This document shows, piece after piece, positions 1 to 12,149 of a stretch of 64,000 nucleotides of DNA (position 1 is the stretch's first letter; every line of letters begins with the position of its first letter). Source of the stretch: Mobula hypostoma (taxonomy: Eukaryota); the NCBI RefSeq assembly GCF_963921235.1, contig NC_086118.1:28832001-28896000 (forward strand), read 5' to 3'. The position numbers and the translations under genes are program-made. The notes under the pieces were generated by a model. It saw only the letters and a program-made list of their open reading frames with translations, did not search any database and had not been told where the DNA came from.

Positions 1-260
1 AGGAGAGGTTATTGATAATGTTCACAGCAAGGGACCTGAACCCCTGAAACTCAGCACATTGATGAAGATAAGAGCATGAGTACCACCTCGCATCTTGAAG
101 TCAGCAACCAACTATTTGGTTTTGTGGATATTGAGGGAAAGGTTGTTATCATGACACCATATCATTAAGCTCCCTTTCTCCTTCATGTACTCCAATTCAT
201 CATTATTTAAAAACGACCTTTTATGGTGGTATCATCTGCAAACTTGTAGGTGGAGTTATT
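1..260 (-). mobile_element. Rex1/Babar-type non-LTR retrotransposon RT fragment (degenerate, runs off window edge)
   Basis: Minus-strand reading gives YKFADDTT... and WCHDNNLSLNIHKTK*LVADF, the RT catalytic and downstream motifs seen in this LINE clade; frameshifted and with stops. Confidence 0.75.
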
Positions 261-307
261 GTTGTAATTTTATTCAGTCTCCTAGTTTCTTTATTTTTGT
301 TATTTTA

Positions 308-575
308 TTGAGATACAGCACATTGTAGGCTCTTCTAGCCCTTCAAGTCATGCTGCGGAACAATCCTCCAATTTTATACCAGCCTAATCACGGGACAATT
401 TACAATGGACAGTTAACCTACCAACCGGTATATCTTTGGACTGTGGGAGGAAAACAGAGCACCTGGAGGAAACCACATAGTTATAGAGAAAATGTACAAA
501 AGCTCCTTACGTGCAATGGCCGGAAGTGAAGCTGGGTCGCCTGTACTGCAAAGTGTCGTGCTGCTGTGCCACCCC
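308..575 (-). mobile_element. tRNA-derived V-SINE-type SINE (degenerate)
   Basis: Contains TGTGGGAGGAAAACAGAGCACCTGGAGGAAACCAC, reverse complement of the V-SINE central domain; similar copy at 53919-54146. Confidence 0.65.
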
Positions 576-1491
576 ACGGTATGTTCCTGAGAAACCTATA
601 GATGCTACAGCGCCCGTTTTTTTCTACTTTCTAAACTTCGTAATATGTTTTTCAAAGAAGCATGAGAAAGAGATAGAAGGTGTTGCTTTAAACTAAGAAC
701 CAAATTGAACTATGTGATGTCATTATTCCCTGGCCAATCTTTGCATTCAGCTTGGAATGGAATGGAAGATCCGGTAGTTGTGTAGTAAGAGCATTTTTCA
801 CTGACTTTCATCTGGAAATTGAAAAAGATCCTGGAAAATGAATTAAACTAACCATTAACTTGATACCAACAATTAATAATAAATGGAACCAACTTACTGT
901 TTCCATGTTCAATGTCTCTTTTACAATGTTTTACAATGCTTCCTTTTACTACGTCTGACTAGAGATGCCATGATATAACATCATCCTTGGGGAGGCAGAA
1001 GAGGACCTGGATAGCACCTGTAAAATAATAGACCTGTATTTAACTATTGCTGACTTAGTGCAAACTTTCTCTATGTGAGATTCATATTCCAGTAAGTTTG
1101 GCAGCATTAAATGGAGGTCTTCAGGCTAAAACTTGCAATTTCCATTTCTGGTAAAAGAATGCTCTGGTTGCTCTAGATGGATTTGTGAACCTGGGTGCAA
1201 AGTACTCTGAAATTCTGCTGAATTCCCCCTTGTAGTGTCACATAGACCCTAACCATTCATTGTAATTGAAGATTCTTGAAAGAAAATCAAGGATATGCAA
1301 TTGTATGTCAGATGTTAAACTCAGGTTGATATTGCACCCTCTTCAGCCAGTGGTTCGGAGTTATACTATTGACTATGCATTGCATTAATTTTAACAAAAT
1401 AGCAATTTTATATGCTTGCTGATACTTACTGACATATGAGTAATGGCAATGTGAAAATCCACAAATAATTTTTTCTCATTTATCAGAATGG

Positions 1492-3997
1492 TGTTGGGTA
1501 TTTAACATTTCAGTAATATTTGAGGAATATTGTAAATACATTGTTCACAGTTTTTAAAAGAACAGCGAGAAATGCTTGAGTTTAAAAAAAGCCACAACAA
1601 GATATTTTCTTCGGAGAAGCACATGCTTCTTTACAAGGGAAGAATACGTTCCACTCTAAAAAATAGACATAAAATGGACAAATTCACAGGTTCATAAACA
1701 GTAAGTACCTGGTGATAATAATCATGAAAAAAGAGTAGAAAATGGCTGGACACATTGGAAGAATAGGTGGGTTCAATTACATAACAGATAACAGGAAGAA
1801 GCATAATGATCACATTGAGCAGTATTTTGAAACAAATGAAATAGCCAATGCTAAGCAAGTACCAGAGTGAATTTGGTGGAAAAGCATACAGTTTGTTTCA
1901 AAGTTTAACAGCACCAACCAAACCAGCCAAAATTAGCTTTGCTGATATCATGAACAATATCACATAGCAAGAACATTTAGAACCAAGACCATTGAAGGTA
2001 GCAGAATACTTTAATTAAGTGGAATCAAAAGGAAGGAAATTTCATTTCACCATATGTGACTGAATTGAAGAAATTATCTAAGCATTGTCAGTTCAATGAT
2101 GGGCTTAATGATGTTCTGAGATATCATTTAGTTTGTGGAATCTTACAAGAAAGCAATCAAAAACACCTCCTAACTGAAGCACAACTTACATTGAAAAGAG
2201 CAGTTGAAATAGCTGTATCAATTGAAACAGCAGACAGAAATGCAATTGTGTTGCAGTCTGGAATGAAAGTAGGCATGAGCAAAATTGCAGTGTCTAAACA
2301 GAAACCAGCTTGGCCAAAAATATTGTGTTAACATTGCAGTAGCTGCTCACATAGAGCAGGCCAATGGAGTTTAGAGATGAGACTTGCAGAAAATATAACA
2401 ACATGGGACATATACAAAGAGCATGTCAAGCAGACAAAAATAAATGGACTTCGCAGGGAAGAGGAAAAGATAAGAAGTCAAGTTACAGTTTCAAAAAAGA
2501 GCACTAACCTGCATGTCATTGGTGAAAAATTTGATAATGGTGAGAATGACTAAGGACTGCATAGCCTTGAGATTTACAATGTGAACACTAACAAGGGGCA
2601 AACAACATGATTTACACCAGAAGAGAACAGCAAATTAATTGAAAAGGAATTGGACACTTGGCTCAGCTGTTTCAGTCTTTCCTCAAAAATGTTTGAACAG
2701 CATTTCAAAGACACTGAACTGAAGCCTGCAGATACCTAACTAAGAATTTATATAGGAGGAAATATAACTCCTGTGGAAATGACATTCATAACAGTGAAAT
2801 ATAACAATCCAACAAGCCACATTGGGCTTGTATGTGGTAAAAACAGGAGGGCCAGCATTGTGGGCGTTTGATTGTCCATGACAAATACAACTTGATTGGA
2901 GATCCATCCATTATTTTCATGTCATATCATTGGCCTTAAAGACAAATGAAAGTGGATTAAGAAAAGTTTTGGATGATGTCATAGCAGTGTTCAAGGATGG
3001 CATTGGAAAACTCAAACATATCAAGGGTAAAATAGTGTTAAATTAAAATGCCACACCCAAGTGTTGCAAAGCTGTTCCTTATACTATCAGTAATAAAGTA
3101 GTCAGTGAGCTAGAATGCGTAGAGGCTGAAGGAATTATTCCCAAGTTTGAGTGGAACCCTTGGGCAACACCAGTGGTCCCGGTAACAAAGAAGAATGTGC
3201 CCATCAAGATCTGTGGTGATTTTAAGGGCACCAGCTACTGAAAAGAGATCAATACCCTCTGCCCAGGATAGAGGATATCTATACAAACCTTTCTGGAGGG
3301 AAACATTTCTGCAAAGTGGACTTAGCTGAGCCCTGCCTACAGATGGAGATGGAAGAGGAGTCCAAAGTTTTTCTCACCATAATCACTTACAAAGGGCTTG
3401 ATTGCTATAATAGGCTTATTTCTGGAGTATATCTGCGTATGCACTCTGGTAGGAAATCAATCATGGAAATGCTGATCGATTATTCTATTTACTCGTGGAA
3501 AAGGAAATACCTAAAATATTTACAAATGAGGACATTCCTCTTGATGTATTCTCTCTTATGTAAATAAAATCTCCCTATTACGTAAGAGATGATGCAAAGG
3601 CAAACCAGAAAAGACCCCACAATGTCCTTGGTCTACATGGTGACTCAAAATGGATGGAATGTGCAACAGGAATCCCAATTCTCCCATTTTTACCAGCACC
3701 AAGATGAACTTGCCCATCCAAGCTGAGAGCTAAAGCATTGGTGGAGTTACATGCTGGTCATCCAGGTGTGGTGAAAATGAATGTGTTGATTTGAAGCTTT
3801 GTCTGCTGGACTGGGATAGACCAGCAGACTGAGCAGCTTCCTATGTACAGTACAGGGTGCCAACATGCCCAGAAGATGCTAGGAGCTGCGCCGCTCCATC
3901 CCTGGGAATGACCTACACTGCCCTGGCAGAGGGATTTTGCCTGACCGTTCATGGGCCCAAATTTCTTGGCAGCAGTTGGTGCAGCTGCGAAGTGGCT
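1492..3997 (+). mobile_element. Degenerate Ty3/Gypsy LTR retrotransposon (partial LTR, gag, protease, part of RT, start of integrase)
   Basis: gag start MAGHIGRIGGF at 1742; LKKLSKHCQF..LVCGI..LLTEAQLTLKRAVEIA (2056-2331); protease ELDT/GSAVS ~2645-2675; RT WATPVVPVTKKN..ICGDFK, YPLPRIEDIYTNLSGGKHFCKVDL (3160-3420); jumps to NHGNAD (end of RNase H, ~3460); integrase Zn motif LHAGHPGVVKM (~3745-3780). Many stops and frameshifts. Confidence 0.88.
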
Positions 3998-4670
3998 AGG
4001 GTATTCCTGCCTCACTTTTACTATAGCAGCAAAGCTAATTTCTGATGGTTTGGTTTGGCCAGTCAAAGCACCCATCCTTCTCTTCAAAGCAAACTGTATG
4101 CCTTTAAACTTAATACACCTTGCAAAATTGGCACTTACTTTTCATTGGCTATTTCATTTGCTTCAAAATATTGTTCCAATAGCTCAGTATACATGAACCA
4201 ATTACCTGTTGTGCAATCAAACTTGTCAATCTTTCCAATGTAGCCAGCCATTTCCAATTTTTAAATGACTATTATCACCCAGTATTCACTCTTTATGAAC
4301 CTTGAATTCTTCCATTTTCTGAATTTTCTTTAAAAAGAAATTCAATCATGTCTTCTCTTCCAAAGAGCATGTGCAGCTCTATTTCGACATTGCTGTCGCT
4401 GCATTTTATTTTATTTCAAAAGTTTTGCTGCAACAGGTCAATAGCTGTGGTGAGCTCGTTTTAAAAATACCCCATCGGCAATGTTACATTTTGTAATTTC
4501 AAAACATTAAATTAAGTTGAAGGAAGACACAGAGTCCAAAATACCGGTATAACTTCATCTTTACTTTAAGCAAGGCAGGCACATATCACCTGGGAATGTG
4601 ACGACGTCCGCATTTAACGTATTTTACATGGAAACCATAATGAGTCATTTAAACAAACAAGAATGCTTTT
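3998..4670 (-). mobile_element. Second copy of same Gypsy family (LTR, leader, gag N-terminus), inverted
   Basis: Minus-strand ATG at 4251: MAGYIGKIDKFDCTTGNWFMYTELLEQYFEANEIANEK*VPIL, homologous to 1742-1970; LTR-like segment ~4482-4670 resembles 46985-47241. Confidence 0.85.
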
Positions 4671-4679
4671 ATACTTTGA

Positions 4680-5065
4680 CCTTTTTGGAAGGCTATGCCT
4701 TTTGTGGCATGGGTGGAGAGGTGGAGATGTATCTCTACCAAAAGAGGTGTAAGGTGGTCCTTCTCTCCACTAGCCTTTAGATCACCCTTGGACAAAGTGT
4801 AGCACCTGCCTAGCCCTGATCAGGGTCATGCGAAGCCATCATGGTGGATGGTTGCATGAGCAGCTGGTGCATATCACATCTCCTGGTTATGTAACCACTG
4901 ACACCAGGTAGAGAATCACTGCAGAATATTGATCATGGTTGGATCATTCATCTTGTAAAGACACTGCCCAGAAAATGGCAATGGCACACCACTTGTGTAG
5001 AAAAATTTGCTAAGAACAATCATGGTCATGGATACGACATGGCACACGATGATAATGATGATAAT
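4680..5065 (+). mobile_element. Non-autonomous retroposon/SINE-like repeat with (GATGATAAT)-type tail, possibly RTE-dependent
   Basis: GC-richer block that truncates the Gypsy LTR and ends in GATGATAATGATGATAAT short tandem tail; family assignment is inference. Confidence 0.45.
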
Positions 5066-5941
5066 GTCTTACGATTGATAGCATTGAAAAACAACATAGA
5101 TGACAAAACTACCTGGTCAAATAGTTACACAAAAGTCACAGTCTGTAGTAAAGATGAAGAACTGTTACCTGGGCAAAGAATCAGAGAACTCCTAGCATCA
5201 ATGGATCTGTAGTTCAGCAGGCTTTGACATCTCAAGAAAGGTAGAGTGCCCAAAATTACATCCTTGATTGCTAAAATCATAATTTTCTGTATAGTAATAG
5301 TTACATTTTGTAAAAAGACAATTATATTATTTCAAATTTTATTCGGGTCATTAACATTAGTACATATGAATATACATATTTAAAGCTTCTTTAGTGACAT
5401 TTTCCAGATAAATACTATATTTCTACACTGCAGAAGATTTTAACAGCAATTATTGATTTTTTTTTGTGTACTTCAGTGGACTTTCCTGGAACTATTCTTC
5501 ATCTTTGTGTAAAACCTACTTTTTGTTGTAGACATTCCCACTATCTGAAGATATTTCGTTCTTTCAATGATCCCAAATGAATTACTAATGGTAACACAAA
5601 TGAAGGAATTCAAACCATTTTGCTGAGCAATTCTACCAAAATGTGTGGCATGGTCCCAATAACACAAAAAAAAAATCAATAACTAGGTTCATCACTGCCA
5701 GAGAATGTGGTCTTTTGTAATAGTAAATACTGTGAGCTATGTTAAATAGAAGTAGCTGAACAATCTTCAAGCCTTTATCGTTGTTACAGGAATTTTCCAG
5801 AACTGCACGCATATGGCTATTGAATTTTGTTTAAAGTTAAGAATGAAGAGCCAAAAGATAACCCAAGTATTTCCTAGTCAATGTTAATTATTAATCTTGA
5901 TGAACGACTAGCTATAAAAATATCATATTTTACTTTTACAG

Positions 5942-5989
5942 GACTACAGCAAGAAGGGGGCATTGCCTAAAGAGTAATCTGATCTAAAG
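5942..5989 (+). other. Candidate 48-nt exon (non-coding if real)
   Basis: Acceptor TATTTTACTTTTACAG| and donor AAG|GTAAGA; stop codons in all three frames, so UTR or lncRNA if used. Confidence 0.35.
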
Positions 5990-8900
5990 GTAAGAAAATC
6001 TGTTACTTTTTTTTCAATTCGGTTTCTTTGTTTTCAGTACGAAAGAGGAAAAGAACAATGGATAAAAATATACCTGTGAACTGATCAACCAATATTCAAT
6101 AATTTCTGATTATGCTCAGCAGAGCAGCACAGCTGCAATTGGAAAAATTATGTAGTTTACCAGTTTCAAAGATGTTTCATCAATAAAGTTTGGGCTTAGG
6201 AGAAGCCATATCAGTAATTAGAGTAGCCTTGAATTAGGGAAGAGAAAGGTTTACTTTGAGATTTGTGGAAGAAGCTTGAGGTCTTCTCCCACAGTTATTA
6301 ACAGTTTAAATTAGTTTTAGGTACCTTATTATCATTGAGTTTTCTTTTTCCTATCAGTATCAAGGCTGATATGTTCCAAGTACTAGCGTGGTTAGTTATT
6401 TTACCAAATTGTTAAGATACCATCTGAACAGTTTGGAAATGGTTCAAAATCAAGTGATCCAGGTGTTGTTTATATAATTCATTTGTAGCACTAATTACAA
6501 TTTTCCTTGAGATGAAGTCACACAAGTCAATTTGAAAAATTTAGAATTATGCTGAAACATGATTATATTAAAAATGTAATTTTAGTTTTAATACATTGAC
6601 AAACCAAACTTTTTGAAATATCAATTCAATTTTAAGGTAACAGAGAAATCAATCAGAATACATAATGATAACTATAACCTTGAGGGTTTGCTTTCCTCTC
6701 CTTTCTGTTTTATGCTGTTGGTCATCTACTCTAACTGCCACTTATTCCTGGTCAATCCCACGTCTTTATTATAAATGTATCACATTTAATCAAGGCAATT
6801 TACTCAAAAAGGAAACGACTGGAAAGACTTTACCAAGCTCTGGGTAAGGTGAGTACTTTCACAAGGTTACAGACGGGTGAAATATTTTGGAGGGGAAAGT
6901 GTGGCTGGAGAGGGGTGATACTTTGCAAAGATGAAGGTGTCCAGGGACTTTTTTGAGATGAGAGATAATGACAACTAATCTGGGATAAGAACATTAATAA
7001 CACCATCCAACAAAGGGATCAGAGGAAGAAGTTAGCATCTTTGTACTTTAATGGGAATAGAATTAAGGAACCAGAATGTAAGTCTCATAAGGAAGAGGGA
7101 AGATGAAACCATAATGTATACAAATTTGGAGCTGGATAAATTACTCAAAAATAATTTTTCATTATCATAATATATTACAATCCATGTTTTTCTTCCAGTG
7201 CATACATTATCTGCTGAGCCATTGATGCCATACTTTATAATCATGTAACTTGTTATGCATATTCTATCTGTCACTGGTTCAAGTAATTCTATGAATGGAC
7301 ATTGGTACACTTAGTCCTGAAAAGAACACATAACTGGTGATAATTGTGCAAAGTCAGGTATTATGAAAGTCAAATTGTTTTATGCATGTAAATATGAATC
7401 TTGCTCACATCACTGCCCAGATAAAACCAGAATCTATTACATATATGAAATGTGCCCCATAGTAAGTATATTGAAATATAGAAAACTAGGAGAAAAAATT
7501 ATTGTAACTGTAGTATATGGAGTGGATGCAAATCCAGCCACTAGTAACCTAAAAATCAAAAGGAAGCAACTTCAATGCAAACAAGTTCTTATCTTTTTTT
7601 AATTATCAGAAGTTTGTGTTCCCTTGTCCTCTTAATGAATTCACAGCAAATTCATTCATTCGTGCAGATCTTGCCAATAGTATGTGGTATTAACTAAAAT
7701 ACAATTTGTGTGGTAAATGTATTGGTTTAATGGTTATTCACAATGTTGAATGTTTTGTCGACTATAAATATGGTAAGATAAAGCTGTGGAGCATGCACAG
7801 CTTTTAGTTTGATGAATGAAAATATTTCTTCTCCTTTCCAAAGGTGGCTTTTTCGCATCCAGGTTCTCCAAACAGTACTCAACAGACACCACCATCAACA
7901 GAAAGGAGATTGATACATTTGGTGAGATACAGTACCTGTACTGTCTGAAGGTTTTCAGATTGCAGGGTTCTGGGACATTCCACATCCTTCTTCACAGAAC
8001 ATCAATTTGCTGCTATTCAATCCAAAGCAGATTGCCTTGAACACTATTAAATTAAAGAAAGTGACTTAAACATATGAGCAATTATTTTCCAATTAGATTG
8101 GGATGATGTGGTTAGTTCCTTGGCTAATTTTAAAGGAAAAACTTAAATTCATAACATTATATAGTGGCCTGAAGTTTCTGCTTAGTCTCTGAAGTACCCA
8201 TAAATTCTGCGGTTAAGTGAAATTAGCAAAAACAATTGATCCGGGGAAGGGTTGTTTTAAATTAAGCAGAAAATGTTGCAAAAATTTGAATTCCAATCAC
8301 TTCAATTTTTTCTAAAAACTCCATGATCTTGTTTGTCGGTTCTGCTGGATTCTGAGAAAAACAGCAGAGCTAAAAAGAAACTCCCATTATGTTGAATGGA
8401 GGAGAATACTGTTCGTATATATGTGATGATAAAGGCTGCTTTACACCTGACTACAATATGCAAATTATTTCTCCATTAGAATTCAACCTTTATTCTTCTC
8501 AAATATATGCACTTATTTAAAGCCATCCAGTCAGGCTCCTTGCATGTATAGCTTTATGATTTCTCATAATGCATCAGTGGAACATAAATATTAATTTTAC
8601 AGCAAAATGCTGGCACACTTTCATAGGAGAAATGAAATGTGTTATTTTTAAGTTTGTTGGTATTGGATCCCAAAACAAATTACGTTATAGCAATGGTCTT
8701 ACACACTTCTCAGAAACAGAAATATACTAAGTTTACTTAAGTTAATGGGTTTCAATGCTTTATTGGAAATTTCTATTTTGGTGATACTACCGGACAAATC
8801 GCCATGAGGAATTGTGGTTCCCCTTCCTACCCCTAATTAAAAGATTGAACCATATGCTGAATATTTGTTGGTTCTGTATACTTAGAATCTCTCTTTTCCT

Positions 8901-9527
8901 GATATTTACTCTTCTGATCTGATACTTAACCTTTCCCACTGAATTTATCACAATAGGTTCTTTCTTCTGTCGAATGTACAAACAGGAGAAACCCAATCAT
9001 CCCTGTCAACATCTACTAAAATCATAGCTGATCCACATAGCTGCCTGTAGCTCGTATCTTTAATACTTTCTGTTAACAGAGATCTATCAGTTTCTTTCTC
9101 CCATCTGTGTCCTTTCTAGTCCAGAGTTCCTTTTGCCACAATCTCCTCAGCGCAGAAAGAAACCTCACGCTCCACTGCACTCAGAACCCCTGACAGCTGG
9201 CCATTGTACCGTATAATTTGCACATATGTTCCACAGGCCTCTCAACAGCTGAGGCAACTCTAGCCACTGAATGACTAAGAATGCGTATTTAGCGAATAAT
9301 CAAAATGGAAAATATAATGGGCTACATTTTGCTACAGCAGGGCATCTAATTAGTATTTGCATATTTAGTATCTTTTGCAGGTAGCAAATTGAAAGTCTGA
9401 GCTGAATATCTTGCATTGAAGTATGTCTGAAACCTTGGTAAATCAGGGAAACTTCTCCATGTCTCAACAAGCCCCCCAAACTGATTAAGGAATCAACAGT
9501 ATAAAAGCTGAGGAAAAGGATCTAAAC

Positions 9528-9792
9528 CAGTGGTCCCCAGCCTCCGGGCCGCGGAATGATACCGGGCCGCGAAGAATGCAGCAGGGCAGCGGTAGCCAGA
9601 ATGCACCCAGCACATCTGTAAGAAAAAAGCCAAAATAAACAAGCTAATTAATTAGGGGCCGACATTTACGTGCCGGGCGGCACCTAATTAATTAGCTTGT
9701 TTGTTTCGGTTTTTTTTTCATAAAGATGTGCTGGGTGCGTTTCGACTACTGCAGCACCGCATACTTTGCGGCCCGGATGTTGGGGACCACTG
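9528..9792. mobile_element. hAT (Charlie-like) MITE, 265 bp, nearly palindromic
   Basis: TIRs CAGTGGTCCCCA / TGGGGACCACTG; exact 8-bp TSD ATCTAAAC (9520-9527, 9793-9800); long internal inverted repeats (AAACAAGCTAATTAATTAGG / CCTAATTAATTAGCTTGTTT). Confidence 0.92.
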
Positions 9793-10565
9793 ATCTAAAC
9801 TATAATGGATGAATGCAATACAGAAAAAGAAATATGGAGACAGATAAATTAGATTAAGCAGTGGAAGGAAGTGAAAGGAATGCTTACTTTCTTAACTTCA
9901 TTTTTTTGTATCTCTCCAACGATAACCTAAACCTTAAGGAAGGGAATTCAATGATTGTAATAGTTTACCTGTTAGAAAGATTGCTTTGTGGTAATTAACA
10001 GTTCATGTTGTGAGAAGAATGTAGGTTAAAGTGGAATAGTCTTCGTTTCCAGTGAAGTGCTTAATTCTTACCTGTGACTTAAGCATTGTACTTTTAGGAT
10101 GTTTGGTTCACTTCAGCAGTCGATAACATGATGGACAGTTTTCACAAAAGTAATAATTCAACAGCACAATGAGGACTGCAGCAACTGAAGATTGGAATCC
10201 AAACTGTCTCCTAGATGAAATTCCTATACCAACTCCCCATAAGTAATTGTCAGAATTGCTAGCCTCATAAATGTAGCAGACAAACCTGAGCTGAGTAAGT
10301 CATGCATAGTTCTATCCTCTGGAGTTTATTCACAGATTCACGGATGTGTATATGAGCACTGTACCTAATGATGGAAACAAATAGTCTTGGAAGTTAATGT
10401 CAAAATCAAGCCACAGGATACAGCTGAAGCTTGCAGTGGGTTTCAGAATTCATGGTGGACTGTAGCATGTTGGATAATCTCACCATCCTGAGGGTGCTGA
10501 TTTAGCAGAAAATGAGCAACAACTTCACAAATATAGTCCAACTTAGTGAACTTGATATTCATTAA

Positions 10566-10774
10566 AAATTGCTGGTGAACGCAGCAGGCCAGGCAGCATC
10601 TCTAGGAAGCGGTACAGTCGACGTTTCAGGCCGAGACCCTTCATCAGGACTAACTGAAGGAAGAGTGAGTAAGGGACCGCACCTCTTCCTAGGGATGCTG
10701 CCTGGCCTGCTGCGTTCACCAGCAACTTTGATGTGTGTTGCTTGAATTTCCAGCATCTGCAGAATTCCTGTTGT
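10566..10774. mobile_element. Mini fold-back Penelope-like insertion (two inverted pseudo-LTR pieces)
   Basis: 14-bp TSD TTGATATTCATTAA (10552-10565, 10775-10788); arms ~10569-10609 and ~10685-10725 are reverse complements; same sequence as the termini of the GIY-YIG-bearing copies at 11069 and 26236. Confidence 0.85.
10615..10652 (-). ncRNA. Minimal type-I hammerhead ribozyme motif (intact core)
   Basis: Minus strand reads UAGUC CUGAUGA AGG-GUCUCGG-CCU GAAA CGUC GACUG: stem I UAGUC/GACUG, core CUGAUGA and GAAA, stem II AGG/CCU, palindromic ACGU in place of stem III, GUC cleavage triplet. Activity not shown. Confidence 0.75.
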
Positions 10775-11068
10775 TTGATATTCATTAATGCTGTTTCGAT
10801 TAGTGTATTCATGGATATTCATGTATGATTGGATGACAATTAAACTTGAATTGAATTCAACCAACTATTTCATTAGTCTCAGCCACTGCACATCACACTA
10901 GATCTCCACCACTCAGCTCTCCACAAAATCAACCAGCCAGGGTTTATACATAACATTCATGTGATCCAATACACTCCACTTATGGTGATTACTACTGCAA
11001 GCCACACAGAGTTTACACGTGGCTCTCTATTCAGCCACCATAGTCACCTTAAGTCAACTCAATGTCAT

Positions 11069-11637
11069 GCAACACACATCAAAGTTGCTGGTGAACGCAG
11101 CAGGCCAGGCAGCATCTCTAGGAAGAGGTACAGTCGACATTTCAGGCCAAGACCCTTCGTCAGGACTAACTGAAGGAAGAGCTAGTAAGAGATTTGAAAG
11201 TGGGAGGGGGAGGGGGAGATCTGAAATGATAGGAGAAGACAGGAGGGCGAGGGATGGAGCCAAGAGCTGAACAGGTGATAGGCAAAAGGGATACGAGAGG
11301 ATCATGGGGCAGGAGGTCCGGGGAGAAAGACGGGGGGGTGGGGAACCAGAGGATGGGCAAGGGGTATAGTTAGAGGGACAGAGGGAGAAAAAGGAGAGTG
11401 AGAGAAAGAATGTGTGTATAAAAATAAATAGCGGATGGGGTATGAGGGGGAGGTGGGGCATTAGCAGAAGTTAAAGAAGTCGATGTTCACGCCATCAGGT
11501 TGGAAGCTACCCAGACGGAATATAAGGTGTTGTTCCTCCAACCTGAGTGTGGCTTCATCTTTACAGTAGAGGAGGCCGTGGATAGACATGTCAGAATGGG
11601 AATGGGTTGTGGAATTAAAAGTCGGGATATAAGGTGT
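11069..11637 (-). mobile_element. Penelope-like element 3' fragment (end of GIY-YIG endonuclease plus pseudo-LTR)
   Basis: ORF 11461-11643 (-): HSHSDMSIHGLLYCKDEATLRLEEQHLIFRLGSFQPDGVNIDF; flanked by TGTCATGCA (11063-11071, 11638-11646). Confidence 0.85.
11131..11168 (-). ncRNA. Minimal hammerhead ribozyme motif (variant, GAAAUGUC)
   Basis: UAGUC CUGACGA AGG-GUCUUGG-CCU GAAA UGUC GACUG; core retained, one C>U change in the palindromic stem III. Confidence 0.6.
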
Positions 11638-12149
11638 TGTCATGCATTCATTAATGCAATTCTGCCTCGTTGATGCAATTCTGCGTCACTCTTGCAGCAT
11701 GTATTGATGCAATTCTGTCCCACTTGCAGCAACAACCAGACAGTGATTGGCTTACTGATGTGATTAGATAGCCTAAATTTCCACAAAGGAATTATTATTG
11801 GCAATGATGACTGTTGCTGACATTACAGCTAGAGCAGAAAGATAAACTTATTCTCACATATATACGGTCCTTGTCTAGACCCTCACTTCATTCTGATGTA
11901 CCATTTGCAGATGGTGCATATGGAGATATGATATCATAATGTTTAAGATACTGGATACGTAAGCCAGGGACATGAGTTCACGTTCCCTCACAAAAATTGG
12001 GGAATTACATAACAAAAGTAATTATTTAATCAAATGAGAATAAAAGCTGTCAACATTCCAGATATTAAAAAAAAATGAAAATTGGAAAATACAGATGCTG
12101 GAAATCTAATCTAGAAACAGAAAATGCTGGAAATATTTATCAGGGAAAA

